Below, one piece after another: positions 38,016 to 47,957 of a stretch of 64,000 bases of DNA. How positions within the stretch are numbered: position 1 is the first letter of the stretch; each line of letters opens with the position of its first letter. The translations under genes and the position numbers were made by a program. The DNA is from Candidatus Oxydemutatoraceae bacterium (GTDB lineage: Bacteria; Pseudomonadota; Gammaproteobacteria; Poriferisulfidales; Oxydemutatoraceae). The notes beneath the pieces are model-generated. The model saw only the letters and a program-made list of their open reading frames with translations. It made no database searches and had not been told where the DNA came from. The stretch is from contig CBDCOZ010000001.1 in the NCBI GenBank assembly GCA_965220085.1, positions 96,001 to 160,000 on the forward strand. Reading direction: 5' to 3'.

Positions 38016-38933
38016 CTAATTAAAAATCTCGTTGAAGATCTGAGTTACATCTTTATCAAGGTTGTCGTCGCTATAGTCGGCATGCGGAATGCTTAAATTC
38101 TCCAACACTTTCTTAAAGCGTCTAAAGCCGGGCTCGCTTCTTAATTCTACCCACTCAACTTCCCGACTATCCAGTTGCTTCTTATTTGTATCAGAAAGTT
38201 TATCGGCAATAAAAACTTGGCTATCTCTCGCTATTACAGCATCCGCACTCTCGGGATTGCCTTTCCCCATAAGTTTGACTTCGCATTTATATTCTTTTTT
38301 GCCATGTCGCAAATAGAAATCTGCCTCTCTTACAATGGTTTCATCGGAGGAACTCTTTTTGGATATGGCGGCGTAATTTTCTTCGGGGACGTGATAAAGT
38401 TTGCACAGGGTCTGCATGAGAGGTTTCTCAACTCTTTTCCCGGCCGTGCTCCACAGACCTCCTCTTAAAGCCGCTCGTTTAACCGCCAGTGAGTTAATCA
38501 CTATCAGGCTTTCGCTTACATTTAAGTCTATTGAAACGCTTTTTAGTTTAATGGTGAGTGTTAAATCAACTTCATTTTCAGTCTCAACCAATTCTTTTAT
38601 TGCGTTGTAAAGGGTTTCATAATGATTATTTGAGGCATCTATAACAATTTCTTTTCTGGTTGAGTTGAACATGTTCCTGATGGTTTTCATATTTAGCCCC
38701 GAATGGATGGCAATTTCTTCTTTGGGGAAGCTTGAATCAAGCAAAAAAGCTTTTTTGCACCAATCAACACCTATTGCTTGGTTGGCAAGTTTGGCGTCCA
38801 CAATTTTTTTGAAAAAGTCTATTGCGCATTGAAGGAATTTCGCATTGATGCGCGCGACAACTTCTATCCTATAGTCATCTCCGTTCAAAAGTCTCTTGAT
38901 AATATTTTGTATTGCTTGTTCTGTTAGTGTCAT
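38016..38933 (-). CDS. Type II restriction endonuclease, CfrBI-like
   Basis: LRGGLWSTAGKRVEKPLM, READF...CEVKLMGKGNPESAD (PD-(D/E)xK-like); coupled to a methyltransferase; low GC. Confidence 0.8.
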   Translation of the reverse strand: MTLTEQAIQNIIKRLLNGDDYRIEVVARINAKFLQCAIDFFKKIVDAKLANQAIGVDWCKKAFLLDSSFPKEEIAIHSGLNMKTIRNMFNSTRKEIVIDASNNHYETLYNAIKELVETENEVDLTLTIKLKSVSIDLNVSESLIVINSLAVKRAALRGGLWSTAGKRVEKPLMQTLCKLYHVPEENYAAISKKSSSDETIVREADFYLRHGKKEYKCEVKLMGKGNPESADAVIARDSQVFIADKLSDTNKKQLDSREVEWVELRSEPGFRRFKKVLENLSIPHADYSDDNLDKDVTQIFNEIFN

Positions 38934-40312
38934 TTTCCAATCGTTTTCTTAAATTCGGACAAAGATAAAAAACATGTTTCTCGCTTATCAAACAAACTAT
39001 GTTTCTTAAAATGCTTTTTCATATAAGCAAAATATTTTGGTTCTTGTTCGGCTAAGAAGAAATACCTGTTCATGGTTCGGGCTGCTCGGCCAAAGGTTCC
39101 GCTGCCCGCAAAAGGATCAAATACCAGGTCTCCCTTGTAGCTATAGTACTTGATAACCTTTTCACACAGGTCTGCCGGGAATACCGCAGAATGGACTTTA
39201 TTGAATGTCGGGTCTATGTGCCATGCGTTTGTTGACTCAAACTCGCCTTCAACCTTGCTTTCTTGCATCGTTTCTCTGTCGTACTGTCTGATATTCCAAT
39301 CGAGGAGTTTGGATGTCTGCTTGCGATACACCATGAGATATTCTGTAACAGTATTAGGCTTGTATCCGAGCGGTTTTCTGTGCTGCATGAAACCTCCCAC
39401 CCGATTTTTGACACTGGCTTCTGGCTTTATCCACACGATGTCGTCAATGAACTCCCAATCCATCTGAACCAGCAGATGGTGGAGATCAAAAGGAATCGGA
39501 TAACGTTTTGAAGAGTGTTGTCGGCTTATTCTTGGGATTATGATTGGTGAAGTATTTACTATGAGAAAACGCCCTTCTTTGGTCTTGTCAGAAGTCAACT
39601 GAAACACTTCTTTTAGAAAGTCCAAGTATGCTTGGTAGCTTGGATAAATTGAGTAGTCGCGCGCGTTGTAATACGGCGGCGATGTAAATGTCAGATGAAA
39701 GCTATCATCGGGGACGAGTTTAAGAACCTCTCTGACGTCATCATGTACCGCGACATTTTTGAGGAAGTCATAGGATTCCGCATGAGGCTGTCCTGATTCT
39801 TTTTCGCGCGCATTTGAAAAGTACTCCTTGCGAATGACTTTTGTCACCATTTCATTTTCATGTTTGATCAGAGATTTGAGTTTTTTGTCAACGTCTGGTC
39901 GCCCTTTGAATACCAACAAGGCTCTGATGGCTTGGCAGATTATTTTGGGGTCTTTGTCATCAAGAATTTTGAAGAGAATCTGCCGAGTGTTCTCAGAGCG
40001 TTGTCGGCCTATTGACGAAACCGCTTCGCGTCTAATATCTGTCACATTGTCTTGCAAAGCGGTTTTCTCCAAGTATGGAATAAATGCCTGGTTCTTTAAT
40101 TTGCCTATGGTTTTAACCGCGCCAAGGCGAACATGCTTGCTTTTGTGTCCCAAAAGGTCGGGCAACCAACTGCCGTCAAAATCTTCGGGCAAATGGCCTA
40201 AGTTCTCAAGTATATGGACTATTGCGCCGCTCTCATTTTGAGATTTTACCAATTTAGCAATCTCTCCATTGCCCGCTCTTTTAAGTTCGTTTATGTGATG
40301 TTTTGAAATCAT
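38930..40312 (-). CDS. DNA methyltransferase (N4-cytosine-like, beta order) with N-terminal HEAT-like repeats
   Basis: TSPPYY then DPFAGSGT; VRLGAVKTIG / IRREAVSSIG / IICQAIRAL repeats. Confidence 0.88.
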   Translation of the reverse strand: MISKHHINELKRAGNGEIAKLVKSQNESGAIVHILENLGHLPEDFDGSWLPDLLGHKSKHVRLGAVKTIGKLKNQAFIPYLEKTALQDNVTDIRREAVSSIGRQRSENTRQILFKILDDKDPKIICQAIRALLVFKGRPDVDKKLKSLIKHENEMVTKVIRKEYFSNAREKESGQPHAESYDFLKNVAVHDDVREVLKLVPDDSFHLTFTSPPYYNARDYSIYPSYQAYLDFLKEVFQLTSDKTKEGRFLIVNTSPIIIPRISRQHSSKRYPIPFDLHHLLVQMDWEFIDDIVWIKPEASVKNRVGGFMQHRKPLGYKPNTVTEYLMVYRKQTSKLLDWNIRQYDRETMQESKVEGEFESTNAWHIDPTFNKVHSAVFPADLCEKVIKYYSYKGDLVFDPFAGSGTFGRAARTMNRYFFLAEQEPKYFAYMKKHFKKHSLFDKRETCFLSLSEFKKTIGK

Positions 40313-40763
40313 ATTAAAAGCGCCCGATATGCGCGGAGCAAAGTTCTTTTAACTTATGCGCCGATACTTGCAATGTAATTTTGTGATGCAACCATAATTA
40401 CATTAAACCATAAAATTGATTTTAGCAGAGGATGGTTAAAACGAGCGAGCGTATATATCGCGCTTTTTGAACTGTTCATCGGGATTGCGTAATTTTGCCC
40501 ATTGCCATTTTTAGTTATCGGCAGAAATCTATCTTCTGTTTGATGCCATGACATATCGGGCACATGGGGGCAAATGTTGTGTGTGTCATGAGCGCTTGAA
40601 GCTTCGGCCTATAGCGTGCTCCGTTATCCATAGCGATGCGCGGGATGCGCCGCCTTGAAACCTTGCCAAGACGGGGTTTGCGTTGCGGGGTGTTCCGCCG
40701 ATATGCCGATTGGGCTTATAATCCGAACTTCTGTTTCTTTTGCGCACTTGATAAGCTTCGGCA

Positions 40764-41120
40764 ATGGACAAAATTTTCATAAAAAGTCTGGTAGTAGAGA
40801 CCGCCATCGGCGTGTTTGAGTGGGAGAAGCATGTGCCGCAACGTCTGTGTCTTGATTTGGAGATCGGCGCCGATATCGCAGCGGCCGCTGCGAGCGATCA
40901 ATTGCAGGATACGATCGATTACAAAGCGGTGGCCAAACGGGCGCAGGCTTTTATGCAAGGGGAGCGGTTTGATTTGGTCGAGACCCTCGCCCACAGACTG
41001 GCCGATACGTTGGCGGCGGAGTTTGGCATGGCATACATTCGCCTGACGTTGAGCAAACCCGGCGCGGTACGCGGCTCGGATGCGGTGGGCATCGTCATCG
41101 AGCGCGGCAAGCGCGATTGA
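40764..41120 (+). CDS. folB: Dihydroneopterin aldolase
   Basis: IGVFEWEK, TIDY, LVETLA, KPGA. Confidence 0.95.
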   Translation: MDKIFIKSLVVETAIGVFEWEKHVPQRLCLDLEIGADIAAAAASDQLQDTIDYKAVAKRAQAFMQGERFDLVETLAHRLADTLAAEFGMAYIRLTLSKPGAVRGSDAVGIVIERGKRD

Positions 41121-41123
41121 GAC

Positions 41124-41618
41124 ATGGCCCGAGTGTTTGTCGGCGTCGGGAGCAATATTGACAAAGAGGAGAACATCGTTTCTTGCATCGGCATGTTGCG
41201 CGAGTCTTTTGGCGCGCTAAAGATGTCTTCGGTGTATCTCTCCAAGGCGGTCGGGTTTGAAGGAGATGATTTCTTGAACATGGTCGTGTCTTTCAAAACG
41301 GACATGTTGCCGCAAGAAGTGACGGCGGCGCTGAGCGCAATAGAAAAGCGACACGGCAGGGTCAAAAGCGAAAACAGCTTTGTGTCGCGGCAACTGGACC
41401 TTGACCAACTGCTGTATGACGATTTGGTCTGTGCGCGCGACGGGCTGTGTCTGCCGCACAAAGATGTTACCGAGAGTGTGTTTGTCATCGTGCCTTTGGC
41501 GGAGATTTGCGGCGCGTTGAAGCACCCGGTTTCGGGAGTCAGTTATAGCGAGTTGCGCGACGGCTTCGGCGATGTGTCCGATCAGATTCAGAAGGCGGAC
41601 TTCCGCTGGCGCCGCTAG
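41124..41618 (+). CDS. folK: 2-amino-4-hydroxy-6-hydroxymethyldihydropteridine diphosphokinase
   Basis: GVGSNI, FLNMV, RQLDLD, LPH. Confidence 0.93.
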   Translation: MARVFVGVGSNIDKEENIVSCIGMLRESFGALKMSSVYLSKAVGFEGDDFLNMVVSFKTDMLPQEVTAALSAIEKRHGRVKSENSFVSRQLDLDQLLYDDLVCARDGLCLPHKDVTESVFVIVPLAEICGALKHPVSGVSYSELRDGFGDVSDQIQKADFRWRR

Positions 41619-41799
41619 CGCGGCATCGACCGCCCTCAGTTGCCGAGGGTGCGCCCGCCGTCGACTTCGGGAGTCAGTTATAGCGAATTGCGCGACGGCT
41701 TCGGCGATGTGTCCGATCAGATTCAGAAGGCGGACTTCCGCTGGCTGTTAGCGCGGCAAGGAGCGCTCTCAGTTGCCGAGGGTGCGCCCGCCGTCGACT
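41531..41799. repeat. ~135-bp tandem duplication of the folK/folM convergent junction
   Basis: 41531-41665 repeated at 41666-41799 with a diverged spacer. Confidence 0.9.
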
Positions 41800-42509
41800 G
41801 TGATCGTTTGTCCGGTGATGTACTGCGCATCTTGTATCAGAAACAGGGCGGTGTTTGCAATGTCCAGCGGGTCGCCGGCGCGTTTTAGGGCGGTGCGCGA
41901 GATGATTGCTTCCCGCTGCCGCGGGTCGTCGTTTTCGGGCCACAGGATCGCTCCCGGCGCGATACCGTTGCAACGCACATCGGGCGCGAGTTCCCGTGCC
42001 AGAGAACGGGTCAGCATGGCCAAACCGGCTTTGCTGGCGCAATAGACCGGATGCCCTTTCAGCGAACGCTCGCCGTGGATGTCCAGCATGTTGATGATGC
42101 ATCCTTTGCGCCGGCGCAGTTCGTCGGCGAGGCGGCGAATCAGGAACAGCGGCGCTTTCAGGTTCACCGAGATGATCTCATCCCACTGCGCTTCGGTTAC
42201 GGTGTCTATCGCGGTCGGGTAGAAGACAGAGGCGTTGTTGATCAGGACATCGATGCGGTCTCGGATGCCGCGCGCTTCGTCGGCGAGGGCCTTGACTTGG
42301 TCGCAGCGGCGCAGGTCGGCTGTGAGCATATGCGCCGAGGCGGGCCGTTGCCGATTGAATGTCTCGATTAATTCTTGCGTCTCCTGTTGCGAGCGGCGGC
42401 AGTGCAGGATGATATGAAAGCCCGCGCAATGCAGTTTTTTGGCAATCTGTGCGCCGATGCGCCGTCCGGCGCCGGTAATCAAAATAACTTTTGCGGTTTT
42501 CTCGTCCAT
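41769..42509 (-). CDS. folM: Pteridine reductase (FolM-like SDR)
   Basis: TGAGRRIG, NNASVF, YCASK; located next to folBK. Confidence 0.85.
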   Translation of the reverse strand: MDEKTAKVILITGAGRRIGAQIAKKLHCAGFHIILHCRRSQQETQELIETFNRQRPASAHMLTADLRRCDQVKALADEARGIRDRIDVLINNASVFYPTAIDTVTEAQWDEIISVNLKAPLFLIRRLADELRRRKGCIINMLDIHGERSLKGHPVYCASKAGLAMLTRSLARELAPDVRCNGIAPGAILWPENDDPRQREAIISRTALKRAGDPLDIANTALFLIQDAQYITGQTITVDGGRTLGN

Positions 42510-42582
42510 CGTACGGTTTTGTCGTCCCATAGAAAAGTTTCTATTCTATACTGTTAGGGTAATCTCAGAAGCGCATCACCTC

Positions 42583-43362
42583 ATGGATATTCTTCAATCT
42601 GCTTTTTTGGCCTTGGTGCAAGGCATAACCGAATTTTTGCCGATCTCAAGTTCGGCCCATCTCATATTGGCGCCGGAGTTGCTCGGCTGGAGCGGCAGTC
42701 TGACATTTGATGTGGTCGCGCACGGCGGGACGCTGTGCGCGGTTGCGTTGCACTACCGCCGGCCGTTAGCGCTCGCTTTGCGCGCGTCCGATGACATCGC
42801 CTTGGGCGGCATCAGGGGCAAAGACCTGCTGTGGCATATGGTCATCGGGTCGTTGCCGATATTGGCGGCGGGTTTCTTTTTGTACGGCTTCGTCGATCTG
42901 CGCCTGCGCTCGCCGTTGTTGATAGCGGGCACGACGATCTTCTTTGCGCTGCTCTTGTGGCTTGCCGATCGCACGCGCCGCCGTCCCCGCGCGCTCGGCC
43001 CGATGGTGGCCTTGTGGGTGGGCTTGGCTCAGGTTCTCGCGCTGATTCCGGGCGTGTCGCGCGCCGGAATTACGCTGACGGCGGCGCGCTTTCTCGGCGT
43101 GTCCCGCAGCGATGCGGCGAACTTCTCTTTTTTGCTTGCGTTGCCGGTGATCGCGGCGGCAACGGCATATGAAGCATTCGTTTTGTTTGACGGATACGAG
43201 GATGTCGCGCTTGACGCGCTGCTGACCGGCTTTGTCGTTGCGGCGGTATTTGCGCTGATGACGATCCGCCTGTTTCTGCGCTTTGTGGAAACCGTCGGTC
43301 TGTTGCCGTTTGTGATATACCGCGTGATAGTCGGCTGCGTGTTGCTTTTTATATATCTTTGA
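42583..43362 (+). CDS. uppP: Undecaprenyl-diphosphatase
   Basis: QGITEFLPISSSAH, PGVSRAG. Confidence 0.95.
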   Translation: MDILQSAFLALVQGITEFLPISSSAHLILAPELLGWSGSLTFDVVAHGGTLCAVALHYRRPLALALRASDDIALGGIRGKDLLWHMVIGSLPILAAGFFLYGFVDLRLRSPLLIAGTTIFFALLLWLADRTRRRPRALGPMVALWVGLAQVLALIPGVSRAGITLTAARFLGVSRSDAANFSFLLALPVIAAATAYEAFVLFDGYEDVALDALLTGFVVAAVFALMTIRLFLRFVETVGLLPFVIYRVIVGCVLLFIYL

Positions 43363-44177
43363 GCGCGGCCAGTCGTATCTTGCGCACGCGCTCGCGAATA
43401 TCGCGATGAGGCTTGGCGGTAAGCTCTATATCATGAACATCTTGCGCACGGATACGAGGATGTCGCGCTTGACGCGCTGCTGACCGGCTTTGTCGTTGCG
43501 GCGGTATTTGCGCTGATGACGATCCGCCTGTTTCTGCGCTTTGTGGAAACCGTCGGTCTGTTGCCGTTTGTGGTCTGCCGCGTGATAGTCGGCTGCGTGT
43601 TGCTTTTTATATATCTTTGAGCGCGGCCAGTCGTATCTTGCGCACGCGCTCGCGAATATCGCGATGAGGCTTGGCGGTAAGCTCTATATCATGAACATCT
43701 TGCGCACGGATACGAGGATGTCGCGCTTGACGCGCTGCTGACCGGCTTTGTCGTTGCGGCGGTATTTGCGCTGATGACGATCCGCCTGTTTCTGCGCTTT
43801 GTGGAAACCGTCGGTCTGTTGCCGTTTGTGGTCTGCCGCATGATAGTCGGCTGCGTGTTGCTTTTTATATGCCTTTGAGCGCGGCCAGTCGTATCTTGCG
43901 CACGCGCTCGCGAATATCGCGATGAGGCTTGGCGGTAAGCTCTATATCATGAACATCTTGCGCACGGATACGAGGATGTCGCGCTTGACGCGCTGCTGAC
44001 CGGCTTTGTCGTTGCGGCGGTATTTGCGCTGATGACGATCCGCCTGTTTCTGCGCTTTGTGGAAACCGTCGGTCTGTTGCCGTTTGTGGTCTGCCGCGTG
44101 ATAGTCGGCTGCGTATTGCTTTTTATATGCCTTTGAGCGCGGCCAGTCGTATCTTGCGCACACGCTCGCGAATATCG
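43190..44177. repeat. 258-bp tandem repeat (3 full copies plus 1 partial) of the uppP/cca overlap
   Basis: Units start at 43190, 43448, 43706 and 43964. Confidence 0.95.
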
Positions 44178-45217
44178 TCTTGGTCGTAATCTTTTAATTC
44201 CGTTTTGAAGTCAATTTTCTTTAGTGTAGCAATCGCGCGGCGCAGTCGCTCCGCGCCGACCGGCGTCGTTTGTTCGCACAGCAGGCACGCCGTCAGCAGC
44301 GTGTCAAAAACGGATGTTTTGCGCAAGGCGTCATTCCGCTCGATGACATCCAGCGCCTCCGCTTCCGACATATCGGCCGCTTGCATCAGCCGCCCGCCGT
44401 TGCGAATCGCCAGCGCGGCGAGCCGGTGGTAATCCTGTTTGAGTTTGAGCCTGTGGCACAGCGGCAACAACGAGGCGCCGCTAGCGCGCGCGAGCAGGGC
44501 GAGCGCCGCAAACAATGTCGCGGGGGGGTGATTCGCCGCGCAGTCATCCAGTATGCGCGCACAGGCCGCGGATTTTGTCAGGAACTCCAACTCGGGAAAG
44601 GTCTTCTGCAAAGCGCCCGCTTGGTTGAGCGCGCCGAAGAAAACGGACGGGTTCTCTCCCTCCAACGTTTTCTCCGCCTCCTGCCATACGCGTTCGGCGA
44701 CGAGATGGTCGGCTTCTCCGGCGGCAACCATTTTTTGCATCAGCGCCTGTGTCTGCGCAACGATGACAAAGCCGAGGGCATGAAGTTTTGCGGCAAAGCG
44801 CGCGGCGCGCAGGATTCTGACCGGGTCTTCGGCAAATGCGTCCGACACATGTCGCAACTTGCGATTTTTGAGATCGTCAAGCCCGCCCCACGGGTCGATG
44901 AGTCGTTCGTTGGCATCAAACGCCATGGCATTGACAGTCAGGTCGCGTCTTTTCAGATCTTCGGCAAGGCTGACTTCGGGCGATGCGTCAAACTCAAAAC
45001 CGTGATAGCCCGGCGCGGTTTTGCGTTCGGTCCTGGCGAGGGCATATTCCTCGCCGCTGTCGGGATGGATGAATACCGGGAAATGCCGTCCGACCGGTTT
45101 GAAGCCTTTGGCGACCATGTCGGCGGCCGTCGTTCCGACGACGACCCAGTCTTTTTCGTCGCTGGGCATGCCAAGAAGTGTATCGCGAACCGCGCCGCCG
45201 ACAAGGTAGATTTGCAT
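44123..45217 (-). CDS. cca: CCA tRNA nucleotidyltransferase (short form)
   Basis: VGGAVRD, EYALARTERK, RRDLTVNAMA, EDPVRILRAARF. Confidence 0.93.
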   Translation of the reverse strand: MQIYLVGGAVRDTLLGMPSDEKDWVVVGTTAADMVAKGFKPVGRHFPVFIHPDSGEEYALARTERKTAPGYHGFEFDASPEVSLAEDLKRRDLTVNAMAFDANERLIDPWGGLDDLKNRKLRHVSDAFAEDPVRILRAARFAAKLHALGFVIVAQTQALMQKMVAAGEADHLVAERVWQEAEKTLEGENPSVFFGALNQAGALQKTFPELEFLTKSAACARILDDCAANHPPATLFAALALLARASGASLLPLCHRLKLKQDYHRLAALAIRNGGRLMQAADMSEAEALDVIERNDALRKTSVFDTLLTACLLCEQTTPVGAERLRRAIATLKKIDFKTELKDYDQDDIRERVRKIRLAALKGI

Positions 45218-45326
45218 ATTGTTATTCCGATGATATGTTCGTCTATTATAGACTTGTTATCGCGGCGGGTCTGTTCTTTTTTCCGTCTCCGCTCTCCGTT
45301 GAAGCGGATATTGTTATGATATTGCA

Positions 45327-46214
45327 GTGATGACTCCGTCTATAAAGATAATCAGAGCAGGTCTCGGCGGCTTTGCCTTGTCCGTGTTTCTGCTCGCGCC
45401 GGCTGCGGCTTCCGACAAGGTCTTTGCCGAGGATCTGTATCGGCAAGCGCTGGAACGGTTTCGGGCAAACGATTTCAAAAAGGCGCACAGACTGTTGCAG
45501 GCGCTCGATGAAAAATATCCGGATCATCCCGTCGTTCTCAATAATCTCGGCGTGGTGTCGGGCAAACTCGGCAAGTTGCAACTGGCCGAAGATCTGTTTG
45601 AACGCGTGATAGCGCTCAACCGCGCGACAGCGGCGAGTTACCACAACCTGCAAAAGATATACGACCGTCGCGCCGCCGAAACCTATCGCCGGGCCTTGGT
45701 GCTGGATGCGGAGCCGCTGCCCGCGCCCGACTTCAGATTTATCACGCCTGCCGCGCCGCCGGCAGCGGTTGCGGAGGCTTCCGCCGCCGAGCGGGTGCTG
45801 GCCGATGAACGGGTGGCGAAGCCGATGGTTGAGGAGCCGCAACGCGCGGATGGCTTGGTTGCGGAGGAGGAAGAGCAGGAGGTTCTTCGCTTTGTTACGA
45901 GTTGGGCGCGGGCGTGGTCGGCGCGCGATACCGATGCCTATTTTTCGCACTATGCGGATGATTATCGCCCGCGCGCCAGCGTCACGAACGCCAAGTGGAA
46001 AAAGAGCCGGACGAAGCGGCTGCGCGCGCCCGAATTTATTGCGGTCAACGTGTCCGCAGTGCGTGTGACGGAGAACGAGGACGGGCGCGATGTGACCTTC
46101 GTCCAGAGTTATGAGTCAAACCTTTTGCGCAGCGTAGTGACCAAGAGGCTGTTGCTGAAAAGAACCGCCGACGGGTGGAAGATTGCCAGAGAAAGGGTCG
46201 CGGAGAGGCAGTGA
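45327..46214 (+). CDS. Exported TPR plus NTF2-like domain protein
   Basis: Signal peptide, NNLGV TPR, WARAWS...YFSHY...FVQSY...WKIARE. Confidence 0.75.
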   Translation: MMTPSIKIIRAGLGGFALSVFLLAPAAASDKVFAEDLYRQALERFRANDFKKAHRLLQALDEKYPDHPVVLNNLGVVSGKLGKLQLAEDLFERVIALNRATAASYHNLQKIYDRRAAETYRRALVLDAEPLPAPDFRFITPAAPPAAVAEASAAERVLADERVAKPMVEEPQRADGLVAEEEEQEVLRFVTSWARAWSARDTDAYFSHYADDYRPRASVTNAKWKKSRTKRLRAPEFIAVNVSAVRVTENEDGRDVTFVQSYESNLLRSVVTKRLLLKRTADGWKIARERVAERQ

Positions 46215-46225
46215 GGGGCTTGAGT

Positions 46226-47422
46226 ATGCGTACGCTTAAATCGTGTGTGCTGCTGTGTGTCGGCGGCTTTGCCTGTGGCTTTGCCGGCGGGCTTGCCAGC
46301 GCACAGCCCGCCGCAGACGCGTTGCGCGAACCGCTTGAGACCGAACTCGGCGAAGCGCTGTCGCTGCTCGTGTCGGGGGATTCCGCCGCCGCGGGCGCAG
46401 CGCTGGAGGCGATCATCCGGGAGTATCCCGAGTTTCGTCCGGCGCAGATGATTCAAGGCGACCTCTATGCCGCTCGCAGCGGCGGCAAACCCTTGCTGCC
46501 GTCGGCGGCCGGACAGCGCAAAGTGCGCATCGCCGACATGATGAAAGAGCTCAAAGCGCGTTACGACTATCGTCCCGATTACGCCGACAAGATGCCGGAT
46601 GCCATTTTGCGCTTGTCGTCCGTGCATCCTTACGCGCTGCTGTTTGATGCCGATGATTCGCGCCTTTACTTGTTGCGCAATCACAAGGACGGCCCGCAGT
46701 TGGTCGCGGATTATTATGCGTCGTATGGCAGGAACGGCATGGATAAGCGCGATGAGGGCGACAGCCGCACGCCGACCGGCGTATACCGGGTGGGGCATAT
46801 CTATGCCGATGATGAGTTGCCGGAACTCTACGGCAACGGCGCGTACGCGCTCAATTACCCGAACCGCTGGGACCGGTTGCAAGGGCATGACGGCGGCGGC
46901 ATTTGGTTGCACGGGGTGCCGCGCATAACCCATAGCCGTCCGCCGCAAGCCAGCCGCGGTTGCATCGTCATCAGCAACGATGCGATCGATTGGCTGCGCG
47001 AACTTGGCGGCGCGGAATCGGCGCCGGTGGTGCTCGCCGCGCGGGTCAAGTGGTTGCGCAGAAAAGAATGGCTCAGCCGGCGCAAGGCCTTGATCGGCGC
47101 CCTGCGCGCTTGGCAGCAGGACTGGCAGAGTTTGGATGTTGAGAAATATTTGTCCCATTATTCCGCCGCCTATCGCGATGAGAAGTTTGATTATCAGGCG
47201 ATGCTTGCGAGCGCGCGGCGCAACGCAAAAGCAAAGACTTCGATCAACGTGGAGATTAAGAATCTGGACTTGATGTTGTATTCGGGGCAGCCGAACCCGG
47301 TGTTTGTCGCCAGGTTTGATCAGGATTATAAGAGCAATAATTATTCGGTCGCGTATCGCAAGCAGCAGATGTGGCGCCTGCAAGACGGAGAGTGGAAGAT
47401 AATCTTTGAGGGGCGCGCCTAG
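46226..47422 (+). CDS. L,D-transpeptidase (YkuD) family protein with C-terminal NTF2-like domain
   Basis: EGDSRTPTGVY, IWLHG...SRGC. Confidence 0.85.
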   Translation: MRTLKSCVLLCVGGFACGFAGGLASAQPAADALREPLETELGEALSLLVSGDSAAAGAALEAIIREYPEFRPAQMIQGDLYAARSGGKPLLPSAAGQRKVRIADMMKELKARYDYRPDYADKMPDAILRLSSVHPYALLFDADDSRLYLLRNHKDGPQLVADYYASYGRNGMDKRDEGDSRTPTGVYRVGHIYADDELPELYGNGAYALNYPNRWDRLQGHDGGGIWLHGVPRITHSRPPQASRGCIVISNDAIDWLRELGGAESAPVVLAARVKWLRRKEWLSRRKALIGALRAWQQDWQSLDVEKYLSHYSAAYRDEKFDYQAMLASARRNAKAKTSINVEIKNLDLMLYSGQPNPVFVARFDQDYKSNNYSVAYRKQQMWRLQDGEWKIIFEGRA

Positions 47423-47957
47423 CCTCGCAGTCAGGGCGATCGTTGCGGGATGTTGAGGCGCAACCAGCGCGCCAGATCGACCCACATATCGCGCAGGTCT
47501 CGGTCCGCGGGCATGTAGCGCGATGATGCGAGTTCGATCGTCAGCGTCGGTATCCGCAAATCCTCGCCGGCGTAGCGCCCGAGAGCCGGGGAAAGTCGGC
47601 AGGTCTCTGAACGGCAACGGGCCGAGGCGTGACGGCGGTTTGATCGCGGCGGGGCCGTCGTAATCCACGAGGCCGTAAGGCGAGGGGGGCGCCTAGCCTC
47701 GCAGTCAGGGCGATCGTTGCGGGATGTTGAGGCGCAACCAGCGCACCAGATCGACCCACATATCGCGCAGGTCTCGGTCCGCGGGCATGTAGCGCGATGA
47801 TGCGAGTTCGATCGTCAGCGTCGGTATCCGCAAATCCTCGCCGGCGTAGCGCCCGAGAGAGCCGGGGAAAGTCGGCAGGTCTCTGAACGGCAACGGGCCG
47901 AGGCGTGACGGCGGTTTGATCGCGGCGGGGCCGTCGTAATCCACGAGGCCGTAAGGC
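47408..47957. repeat. ~276-bp tandem duplication of the L,D-transpeptidase/peptidase junction
   Basis: 47408-47681 (carrying a 2-bp deletion) and 47682-47957. Confidence 0.92.

Larger units (their letters stand above)
37283..40635. repeat. Three diverged ~50-bp imperfectly palindromic direct repeats (37283-37333, 37703-37751, 40542-40590)
   Basis: gatgcc.tga.ata...gggcaa.t.ttgtg..gt..catg consensus; copies 2 and 3 extend about 45 bp further. Confidence 0.7.

Noticed and set aside
43190-44177. 258-bp repeat as a CRISPR array
   Set aside because: Units are near-identical along their whole length with no unique spacers.
46109-47668. 519-aa minus-strand ORF starting with peptidase-like residues
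   Set aside because: Begins in the frameshifted duplicate and runs antisense to the L,D-transpeptidase.
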